Assembly: GCA_949742185.1 (NCBI GenBank)
Contig: CATJNN010000208.1
Location: forward strand, 1-41,279
From: an uncultured Clostridia bacterium
GTDB taxonomy: Bacteria > Bacillota > Clostridia > UBA1381
Length of the DNA: 41,279 nucleotides
Reading direction: 5' to 3'
The position numbers and the translations under genes are program-made. The notes beneath the pieces were generated by a model, which was not told the origin of the DNA, made no database searches, and saw only the letters and a list, made by a program, of their open reading frames with translations. The number at the start of each line of letters is the position of its first letter. Position 1 is the stretch's first letter. Below, in pieces: positions 9,901 to 21,900 of this stretch.

Positions 9901-12900
9901 AGATATATCCGGTCATACCGTTTATATCCGCTCTCAGATTCTGTTCTTCAGGCTGATCTGCTCTCCTGTAGTGTATACCCTTAAGCTGAGTATCCTCAGG
10001 CAGGCTGTGCAGAGTAATCTCGTATATCTTAGTGTTCTCCGCCGAACCTGTACGCGGGATAACGCGCGCCCAGCGTGTTACCACGCCCTGTCTCGCCATG
10101 TTTATTCCGAAAGATTTAGCCACAAAGTTTTCCTGACCCTGTCCCACAAACTCATCGCCTGCAGGCACTGTGCACTGCGCGTCTGCGAAGAACTGAACGG
10201 TTACATACTTATCATGAGGAGTAAGTTCAATTCTTGTCTGAGCCGCGTTCGTCGGAAGGTCAACGCGGTATTTCGCAGTTGTCTGCGTCGATCCCTGACT
10301 CTTGCCTTCGCTTGCCGATTCATCGGTTCCGCCGGTAGTCAGCGTCGAATACGCCCAAATCTCCGCGTCCGTATCGTTCTGGAGCTTAAGTATCTGAAGC
10401 TCATAGTTCACATACTCTTCGTCGCTCGAGGAGCGTACTGTAACAGGGATTATTATACCGGTCTCGCTGTCAATATCAACGGCTATGCGTCTTGAATTAA
10501 CAACCGCTTTTCCATCCGCTTCGGTTATTCCGTCAACAGAGGTGTATACTCCGCCTATGTCAAAGATTGATTTTCCGTTGTCAACCTTCATCCGCACATA
10601 TGCTTTTGATGAAGCGCTGTCAAGCGTGTTGATATAAGCCTTGTATTTGTGTACTTTCTCTCCGTCGTCGTTAAGCGTCGTTGTCACAAACTGAGCCTGC
10701 GCTCCGATAACAGATTCGGAGTTGCTTACATTGAACATAACGTTCAGGTCTGAACGTATATCATCCGGCTTATTGCGCGTTACTATGAGATATGAATACG
10801 TCGGATCGTCTCCGTCCTCAGACGTTACGACTATAGTATATGTGTGAGGATTGCTTGCGTCGAAGTCCGCTGAAGCGTCGTAATCTCTGTATACCGCCTC
10901 TTTAAGCGTTACGTCTCCGTCAATTATCTTAACATATTCTTTCTCATTCTTCGCAGTCGCAACAATATACTCAAATATTACGTCGTCGCTGTCTACGTCA
11001 ATATACCAGTTGTTCTGTTCTTTGTTTACCGCTTCTCTGTAACGTACCACGCCGTCGTCGTCTTCCTTGCCGAGTCTTACCGACTTAAGGGTGCCGGTGT
11101 TATCGCGGCGTTTAATCACTATTGTGTACCGCGCCGGATTTGCGTCCGTCGGCGAGCACTTAACTTCAACAACGTATTCCACGCTGTCTGCGGTATCGGC
11201 AATCGGAAGCGTCGTAAGATCCAGCGGATCGTACGAGCCGTCCGCATTGATTGTCGCCTCGTTCGAGTAGTCTGTGCCTTTTACGTTAACCTTAAGAATT
11301 GCGTATCTATTCTTTGCAGTGATTGTCATAGGAACGTTTGTTACCGTATGGTCAACCGTTATAACAATCTTCTCGTCTGTGGTCTTCGGCAGGTTATCAA
11401 GCGTCTGAACAGGATCTCTTACTTCAATCTTGCTCAGCTCACGGTTTTCGTCAACGCGGTTTATAACCAGCATGTACTTCTGACCTTCGCCCTTGCCGCG
11501 CGCCATCTCTTCCTGAGATCTTATCTGGAAGTATACCGTAACGTTTTCGTTCTTATTAAGGTTATTGAGCGTAATTGTCGATTCCTTAACGTCGAATACT
11601 CTGTCTCCGTTGCCGAACATTCCGTTTGCATCGGAAATTCTCACGCCCGCATAGTCTGAATCCGTGCGGACCTTAATTGTTACGGACTGTACTTCTGCTC
11701 CTACCGTAGCCGTATAGCGCCACATTCCGTTTCCGTTGTCCGCCGCGCTGTCAAATACCGGATCCGCGCAGTTTACAGCGCTTGCAAATTCATACGCTGC
11801 CGCCGCCCATACCGAGTGCGCTCCGTCAACAACTTCAACCGCTGTGTTTGTACCGTTCATGCGGTACAGATACAATTCGTATACCTTTGTGTCGCCGTAT
11901 TCCGGCTTAACAGCAAATCTTATAACAAACGGTACCGTCTCGCTCGCGCTTGTTCCTATATTATAGTAGCTTGCTACAATGTACGGGAAGTCCGGATCGC
12001 CCGTTATTCCTATGATGTTGCCGTCGCTGTCAAGCAGGCTTCCGTTTCCGCCGACAAACTTTTCAAGAGCCGCTATTGTCTCTTTAGTATGATTTGCCGC
12101 CATAACGCGGATATGCGTTGCTATATCGTTTCCTGTAATCTCGTCTATTACGTCGTCCGATGACAGATATCCAACATAATATACTGTTCCGTCGTCTCTC
12201 TGGCGGCGTTCCGCCTCGCGTACGCCGTTGATAAGAACAGATTCAACGTCGTTGTTAAGCGAAAGTATTCTTATATTGAAGATATATGTCGTGTCGGTCT
12301 TTTCGTTAGTCGTCTGATCCTCAGACTTAACCACAACAGGCAGAGTCAGCGTGGACGTACCGTCCGGAACAGGCACAAGAACCCAGTTGTCTGTAACTTC
12401 GTTTCCGCCGTTATCAGTGCTTAACGTCTGAGTCTGTCCTGTGTAAGTCTGTCCGTTTAATGTAATCAAGGCTCTCGGAGACGTCGCCACAGCGTAAACC
12501 TTAACATATTTTACGCCGTTTTCATCCTCTACCAGCTCGGTCTCATTTGTCTCGAAGTATACTATCTTCTGACCGTCGTCATAATCCTTGTTTGTATGAC
12601 CGTTAACTGTCGTCGCGTCGCGTTCAGGCGTTTCAGTAAGGTTCAGCGACGAATCCCATGACATTCTGTGCACTCTTATTACATAGAATTTCTGTCCGCC
12701 GTCCTCGCTTTTCACAGTTATTGTTATATTAGTAGTATCCGCCTGTTCAGGAGTCTGACCCACCGACATAGGACGAAGATTTACATACTCCGTCACGCCG
12801 TTCTGAAGCGTCGCGCTAAACAGTCCGCCGGTGCCTGCGTTACCCACAGAATTTGCATTTGCTCTGACATCCTGCGCAATATCCATAAGCGGCTGATTAT

Positions 12901-15900
12901 CAAGGTCAAGATCGCTGACCGCTTTCTTAATCTGAACACCTATATTACCGCTTCCGTAAGATACGCCGTAGTCAAAGTATACCGTTCTTCCGTCGGAGCT
13001 TGTCGAAACAGGCTTAAGCTTGTTAAGACCGTTATATTCAGCCACAGAAATATCAATATCCTTATTTGTATACTTCTGGCGTACATACAGCTTATGAGTC
13101 TCAACCGTACCAATCCATCCGTCGTCTATGCAGTTTCCTGTATTGTTTTCGTCATATTTAGGCTCATAATAATTTTCAATATCGTTCTTCGCGCCAACCT
13201 GGATATAAACGAGCGTGTATGCTCCGTCTTCCTTGTTAAGCGCCGCCTGAACGGCATTGTAGTTTATCTTTCTGCCCGTTTCCGACGAACCCCATGCAGT
13301 CCACTGAATATTCTCGTTGTAATCCTTTCCGTTTGCCTTATACAGCGGATAGTTCTTAGACTGAGCTATATATGCGGCGTAGTCTGCCGGGTTAGTTTCC
13401 TTATCCGGCTTTCTGAGATAACCTATTCTTACATAGTTTTCCTCATTCTTCGCCTGCGCGCTCACTCTTGTATCCTCCGCAGGATTGATTACAACCTCGT
13501 AACGGTTCGGGTTCGGATCCGGCTTGCGCAGTACCTGCGGCTGATTTGCCTCGTCAAGAGTATCGTTAATCTTCACGAACTCAAGCGACGTGTCTATCTT
13601 CATTACGGCAAGCTTGTGCTGCTTGGTGTCTCCGCCCGACGCCTTCATATCTATTGTGAACAGATTTTCGTTGTTTGGCAGAGCCGCGTCTGCAAGCTTA
13701 TCCTTGCCGAACGAGTAGTTTGCATTGCCCTGAATCTTAACCTCAGTATTTGCAGCATCGGCAGTAACTTCAATATCTCCCTTTGTAACCTGTACCGGAA
13801 CCCATGCCTCGTAACGGCCTGTTTTCTCGTTCCATGCAGCCTTAACTGTTACAGGCTGGCTCTCTTCATTAAGTTTGTATGTTACCGTTATACTGCCCGC
13901 GTCAATATTATTATTAATCTTATAGATACGCAGATAGCTTACTCTTATATCAGGCTTATCGGCGCTCTTGGTCTTAATCTGGATAACCGTCATCTCGTCG
14001 CTGTCAAGCAGCAGATTGTATGCGCTCCACTCGTTCGAATTTGCAGAGCCCGGATCCGCAGCGGTATCCTTACCCGCGGAAACCTTGGCAAACGCGTTGT
14101 TTGTCTTAATCTGAACGTCAACCAAATACTGAATTGACATATCCGACGTATCGGAGTTATGGACGGTGTATTCATAGATATCCTCTAAGGTTCCGTCGCC
14201 GTCCACGTCTTCTTGTCTCTTTGCTGTGACAACAAGGTTATCGCTTACTATCTCATTAGCTGTTCCGCTGTTCTCTGTTATAATAATGCTTGCCAGCGTA
14301 TCGTCCGTATTCTTGCGCACAAGCTTTAACGTGTAGTATTCCTCATAGGTGTAATCGCTTGTCGTTATAACCATCGGAATATAAATTTCACGCATAGCCG
14401 TGTCAAGCGCTATTGTCTTGGATACAGCGTTGTTGCCGTTTCCGCTTCCGTTAACGGTGAGGATAGCACCAGCGTTAACAGCTCCTGCCTGAACGTCTAT
14501 CGAATCAAGCTCGTCGGAAATTTCAAGCTCGTATACGTTATTTACGCCCTTTGTAAGCGTCTGATATTCTGTCTGAGCCGCGTCTGTCTTCACTCTCACA
14601 TACTCCATCTCCGTATAGAAATTCGGTACGTAGATAAGCAGACGATAGCTCTTCTTGTCAAGACCGTTGCCCGAGGTTACCGTTATTGTATACTCGGTAA
14701 TCTCATGACCGTTTGCCGCGAGAGCGTCGGTTGTCCACTGACCGTCGACGTCTGAAGCATTATGAGCAATCTCGGCGCCGCTCTTATCCGTAACGATTAT
14801 TGTTCCCGCCTCTGAGTAAATCTCAGCCTTCATGCTTATATTTGACAAATCGTCAAATTTGGACGGGTCAATATATACCGTATACGCCTCGTTCACAATG
14901 CCTATCTCGTTATTTACGATACTGCCGTTGTTATCGTAGTCAACCGCCACGCTTTCAAGCACAGCCTCACGGTTCTCGCGGAGTATAACGAGCGTGTGTA
15001 CTTCGTATGCTCCGTTTGTAGCCGTTACCGTAAACTTGAACTCGCTTCTTTCTTTTGTAAGATTTGTAAATGTTCCCGCATATGTGCCTCTGTAATTAAC
15101 TCCGTTCGGCATTGTTATCAAAGCGTTTAAGTCTCTTGCTTCTATATATATATGAGCCTGAGTCTTCTGATCGCTTATACGTACAACGTGCTCGCAGCCG
15201 TTTGCAGCAAGACCGTTCACTGACATAAGCGATACGCCGCTGCCCGCGGATATGGAGCTTGCAGAGTAATTATCAGGTTTAACATGCGTAGGATACTGGG
15301 TGTTTGTCGCCGGCGCCGTCCATATAACGCCGAACGCCCAGTCCGCATATGTGGTTGTCACGCTGGCAGGACCACGCATCTGGCTGAGCGGAACCTGCGT
15401 AGTTGTAGCGTCCGTTGTGCCGGAGCCGTCAACCGTAAGCTGAACAACCGCATGCGAGCGTTTTATAGCGCCGTCGTTCGTATGTACAAGACCCGCTTTT
15501 TTGCTTGCGTCAGGAGCTGTCAGAGTTACTACAGCGAAGCATTCTTCTATTAATCCGCCAGCAGCGTTAACCGCCGCAATACCAGAAGCTGTCGCGCCGT
15601 TTGACGTAACCTTGGCTCTGCTGTATGAATATCGGATACTGCCTTCATTATAACCCACAAGACCGCCGGCGTATCCGTCGGATACTACGTTAACACTTGT
15701 AGTTGCAGCGTTTACCTTGAGCAGCAAGCCCCTGTTTACGCCTGCAACAGCTCCCACATAAGCGTCTGAGGAGCTTGAAGCAATCTGTGTGCTTGTGTTA
15801 AGCGAAAGCTCTTTAACCTCGCCGCCGTCGCCGATTACAGCGAACAGACCAGCCGCCTCAACCTGAGCGCCGCCTACTGTTACAGTCTTACCTGTTGTAA

Positions 15901-18900
15901 TCTTAAGATTCTTAATTACATGACCCGCGCCGTCGAGCACACCCGTAAACGGCGTGTCCTCCGAACCCAAAGGCTCGAACGTGCCGGACATAACAATATC
16001 ATTCTTAAGCACATAATGACTTGACAGACTGTTCTTGATATTCTGCAGCTCATCCGCGTTTGTAATTTCAAACGGATGCTCGGCCGAACCGTCCGGACCT
16101 GTTTCTATTTCGCCAACGTCCGGATCCGTAGCCTTGCCGTCGCTTATCTGCAGCGTAGGATACTGACCCTGCTTTATAGTCCATACAGTATCAAAGTTCC
16201 ACTCGCTTCCAAACGTGCTTCTGTCAGCCAGCGCTGCTCTTGTAACCGAGCTGCTGCCTATAACCTGCGCTCCGTTTGTATTTGAGCTTACCGTGTTAAG
16301 CGGTAAAATACTATATGAGTTTTCAACCCTGCTGCCGTTTGTATTTGAATAAGCAATACCGCCCGCGGCGTTTGAACCTTCAGGCGTAAGCTTGCCCGCA
16401 TTATATGTGTTCTTCACAACGCCGTTATTATTCTGTGAAACGACGCCGCCTGCTTCTTCAGCCGTTATTTCAGCTTTATTATACGAATCTGAAACAGTTC
16501 CGTAGTTATACGCCGCTATTGACGCAGCGCGCGTCAGTCCCTTTATGCTTCCGGTTACAACCGCACAGCCTGAGATTACGCCATTCGAGAGGTTTTCTCC
16601 CGCAACAGCCGCCGCGGATCTTACAGTACCGGCAACGCTTATGTCCTCAAAGCGGACGTTTCGGATTGTGCCGTTGTTCGATGCGAACAGAGCTCCGTAT
16701 TGATTATTAACGCTGCCTGTTCCCTCTTTTATTGTAAGACCTTTAATTGTGTAGCCGTTGCCGCTGAAGATACCTGTGTATGACTGCGCCGACGCGCCGG
16801 AAGCCGCCGGTCTGCCTATAGGCGTCCAGTCGATTCCCGTCATGTCAATATCGTTCATAAGCGTATAGCTTGCGCTCATATTATTGCGTACATTGTCAAG
16901 GTCCGCCGGTGTTTCAATATGATACGGATTTTCCGGAGAACCGTCCGGTTCTGTCGGAGGCTCCGTCTCGCATCCCGCAGCGGGAGCTATGCTTTCATCC
17001 TCCGTGCCCTTCTCGGCTATAACCTTTGCCACGCCTGTATCGGAACTTTCCTTATTTACATACAACGTATATACAGCCGATTTCTCGCCAATCTCAACTA
17101 CTATGCTGAAGCTGTTAATCTCATTTTCCACAGATACTGAAGCGTTTCTTATAATAGCTCCGTTTGCGGAAGTCTGGCTTTCCGCTATGCTTGACGGATT
17201 ACCATCCTTAAACAGCGATATCTTAGCCGCTGCGGATACTGCAAGTATATCAAGCGTCGCGGTGCTGTCTGCTCTCGGAACAAACGTATAGTATACGCCG
17301 TTCGCGTCAGCTTTTACGGTGCGCTTATCCGTCTCGCTCTCTGAGCGGATAAGTACCGATGAAAGCATCAGCGCCGAATCCTGCTTCGTGATAGTAAGAT
17401 TTATCGTAAACGGAGTATCATACGGATATGTGTAAACCGAAAGCGGTATCACGGTTGTCTGTCCCGTAAGCTTCACGGTGTTTGTAACCTCATACGGAAC
17501 CGTCTCGCCGGATCCAATCTTAACCTTGGCAATCGGACTGTCCGCTTTAAGAGCTACAGACGCCTCCGAAGCATTCGGAGCAACTGTGAACGTGTAGCCG
17601 GTACTGTTTCTGACAGGCGTCTCTCCGTTCACGAGAACGCTTTCAATAACAGACGCTTTATTTACAATATACAGCTTATACGAAGCCTTGTCTGAACCTA
17701 TGGCAATCTCAGCCGTAAGCTCGGATACAGCCTGATCGGCGCTGTACATAATCTGAGCTTTGCCAGTGCCGCTGCCGAGCGCGGAACCGTCGGCATTTTT
17801 AATCGTAACTGACGCGGACGGATTATTAGCCGTAACCGTCAGTACATCTGCCGGAGCGTCGGGAGCGATTCTTAAGATATAAGCCTTGCTGTCAAAGTCG
17901 ACCGCCTTATTTGTCTCTGTCTGACCGAACGATACGTTCTTTACAGACAGGTCGCTGTCGGACTCATATCTTATAGTTACAGTATACGGTCCGCTCTTAG
18001 CCGTCGGAGTATTGACGTTCGCGTATGCCACGTCCGCTGAATAAACGTTAAACGTGAATACTGTCTCTCCGTCAGCCTTAAGCGCAAGATTTTCAAACGT
18101 ATCGCCGGAGCGTTTTCTCACACTGCCGTCTATGCCGTAGCCCGAAAGCTCTATAACGGACATATTTCCGTCCGCCGTAACCGTAAGGTTTACAGGCGAG
18201 AACTTGTTAACTATAATATTGTAGTTTGTCTGAGCCGGAGTGAGCGCAAACAACGATACGTTAACATTAGTCGTTGCTCCCGCAGCCGCCTGCGTTCCGT
18301 TTACATATACGTTTCTTACGTCTACATTTTCAAGGTCTCTGTAAACGTACAGCGTGTATTCCTGATATGCTATACCTGAGGACGATGTTATTCTGAATTT
18401 ATATTCGTTAACAACGCCACCTGCCACGCTGCCCAGCGTTCTTGTGAGCGTGAGCTCGCCGCTTTGCTTCTGTTCTGTTCCCGCGTCGTCGTTCATGGAA
18501 ATATCAGCGAAGCCGTGAGCCGCGCGGATAAGTATTTCAGCCGTATCTACGCCCGAGCCTACCGCAATCTCATAGATTGTCGGGTTGCCCGGTCTCGGAA
18601 TAGCCTCGATGCTGTTTACAATTACATTTCCTATATCCGAGCTTACGCTCTTTCTGTAGATCTCAGCCGTGTACGTCTTCTTAGCGTTCGGCGTAAGGGT
18701 GTCATTTACATACAGCTCTGATACCACAACAAACGTAACAGTCGTCTTTTCATTTGTTGAAAGCGGATAGCCGTTCTTTGTCCATACGCTGGACTGCGGA
18801 ATAACCTGTTTGCCGTCAACAGATATAATCTTAACAGTATCGTTTGCCGTTATGGTTATATCCGAGCTGAATTCTGACGCCGGTATCTGGAACACATAAA

Positions 18901-21900
18901 TTTCATTATTGTCGCCTATAGGCGAAGTGTTCACTTCTCCGCCGACCGCAACGCTGATAACTCCCAGATCGTCGCGCATACCTCTGAGCTGGATATCGTA
19001 ATGTACAGTCGTTATTCCGTCCTGAGCCAGTACGGTTACTCTGTACCACTCGTTCACGCCCGGAGCGAGACCGCCGTCGAGAATGAACTTCGCGGTTCCG
19101 TCTGAGCTGTCGGAAATTTCTATAAATCTCGCTTCTCTTCCGCCGCTTACATAGCTCTGACCCGCGCCGGTAATCTGCGCTATTCTTGTAATCTGAGCAT
19201 ACTTATTCTTCGGCGTCAGCTCAATAGACACGTCTCTTTCCGGTATATTCGCGTCGTATGTAACGGACAGACCTGAAATATTAACGTTATACTCAGCCGC
19301 AGTACCCTTTTCAGTTACTATCTTACTCAGACCCGCGTCTTTAGACTTCGTGCGCAGATACAGCTTATACGAAGCAAGGTCGCCTGTCGGAGCTTTAACC
19401 TCAATTACATACTTACCGCCGTTTGTAAGCTTGGTTATACCCGTGTTGTCTGTATAAACGTTATTCGAGCTCCATGCTCCGCCTATCCATACGCCGCCGT
19501 CGTTATAGTAGCCTACGCGCACTATAGCGTCAGCGTTTGCAGCGGTTACCTGAGGCTGAACTATCTCATTGTCGGAGCCTACGAAGAAGAGGTATACTTT
19601 TTCTTCATTCTCTGTTTCCTCGGTAGCGTTTATATAAGGAGTGTTCTCTATTCTTACAACGCTTTCAAGAGTTGTGTCGTCGCTCTTCTTTTCAATTACG
19701 AGCAGATAACCCTTAATTCCGTCATGATAAGCCTCCGTGCCGTTATGAGCCTGAACGTAAATGCGGTAATTGGTCGGATTTGCGGTTACGTCCATGCCCT
19801 CTTTTATGAAGACTGAAGCTGAAGCCGCGGTTACGTCGGTTCCCACGCTTACCTTAGCGTGTTTTTCAGAAGCGACAACCTTAATATCCGCCGCGTTGTT
19901 ATCCGAGCCGTCTTTCAGCTTTTCAGGAATAACAGCTCTGTATACGCCGTCGTCTCCTCTCTTAATCTCTGTTTCGAAATCATTTACATATACCTTTACG
20001 GATATATCGCCGCTCTTAGTCTTAAACGTGAGCGGATATTTCTTCACATAGCCTGACGATGAGGAAGCAAGCTCAATCGTGTACTTAAGCTCGCCCAAGC
20101 TTAATATGTTCTGCAGACTGAAGCTGTTATTCAGATAAGAATTGCCCGTTCCGCCGTATCTAGTGCTGTCATTTACAACAGAAACTTTCGCGTCTCCGTC
20201 AGTGTTTATCAATAGCTTAACATTCTCGGCGCTTACATACGCTACGTATCCGCCGTTGTCGTCTTTTTCAGCTGCAATATCGTTAACCTCAACTATGAGA
20301 TTCTTGTCAAGGTTCATATCCGCCGGCGTTACATATACGAGATACTTCCTCTCTGTTCCGTCCTGAGCCTTAACGGTCATCGGAAGAACAAAGGTCTCGT
20401 TAACGCCGTCGCCGTTATCGTCAACAGACGGATTCGTAACAACAAGAGACTTCCTGAGCACGCCTTTTACTGTATCCGAATAGCTGCTGCCGTTTAAGCT
20501 TGCCTGAGCTTTATTTGAGGAAAGCTTAATCTCAAGAGTTACGTTATACGCAGACTTGTTCGGATATACAGGATCTATCGGAATATATACCTGATAAATC
20601 TCATATTCCTCGCCCGTGCTTACGTCCGTGTATGCTTCCGGAACAGTGTCGGTGTTTTTATTATCCTCATCGTCCGGATTTGCAGTCACCTCAAGCACAG
20701 CCGCGTCGTTATCCTTCTTAACAAGCTTAAGTATATACGTCGCGTAGTCTGTGTCGGAAGCGCTCTTCTTCACATAAATCTTAACGATTGTTTCTCTGTC
20801 TTCGTTTGTAGCGCGGTAAAGCTCTGTTGTGAGCTCGGCCGCCGCCGCCGGGTTAGCCGCGTTATCCGCGGTCGCCGAAGCCCCGCCGCCGTCTATAGCG
20901 TAGCCTTCAATTTCTACTATGGAAGAGTTATTGGAAGCTATGGCGTTTACAATAGCCTGAACGCTGGCTGCGTCCACATAATACGTGAACGAGCCGTCGC
21001 TGTTTTCTATAACGTCGCCTTCGTTCGGTCCCACGCCGTGGCCGTCAACCTTAAGGATTAAAGCGTAGTCCTGCGGCAGTCTTTCAATGTAGAGAACCTC
21101 CTGCATAACCGGATTCGTATCCGTCTCGTTTACATACAGGTTCACATTAACAAGCGCAAAGTTATCTGTAAGCGGTATGCTTACGGACTCCGCCGCAGTT
21201 CCCTGAGTTCTCGTTCCGCCGTTTATTTCAATATACGCGCTGCCCACGGTAGACTTAACCTCTACATTTGCCGACGTCGCGTTAGGCAGAAGCTTCTTAT
21301 ATGTATATCTCGGTTCGGTCTCAGTCGGAGCGTCGGCTTCCTCGCCGTTTACCTTGATATAGCTTATTGACGGAGCAGTCGGGTCGCCCTTTATTGTGAG
21401 GGTGTGAGTTACCGGTCCTGTTACGCCGTCCTGCGCCATAACCTTAATAGTAACTACCACGTCGCCGTTCTGCAGATTCATGGTCGATATAATATCGCTG
21501 TTTATACCCGTCTGATACGATGTTCCCGACAGCTTGCTCACCTGAGCCAGCTCGTCTGCAGCCTTCATTTCAACCTGCGCGAACGTCATTGTATCAGGCA
21601 CCTGAACCGTCCACTTAGTCGGATCGGCCGGATCGGGCTTCGCGTAATACGAGCCTACCTTGATATATTCAAGCGACGTATCGTCTGAATCTTCGCGTAT
21701 AATGAGTATATATTCTTTTGTTGTGTACTCGTCAGCCGCCGTTACCGTGATGCGGAATCTGTTAATCTTGAGCGTATCTGACAGAGGAACTGCTTTCCAT
21801 GTTCCGCCGCCCGGAGCGCCCTGCTCGTTTTCATCGGCGCTGTCCGACTTAAGGTTGCCGTTGTCGTTGCCGTACTCATACTGATACGGCGACGTGCCCG

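Noticed and set aside
12668-14137. 489-aa plus-strand ORF, the largest ORF after the giant gene
   Set aside because: It lies wholly inside the giant gene in the exact codon-complement frame. Its translation is Arg/Cys/Leu/Ile/Tyr-rich with no domain-like pattern, and it exists because the sense strand avoids TTA/CTA/TCA. It is a shadow ORF, not a gene.
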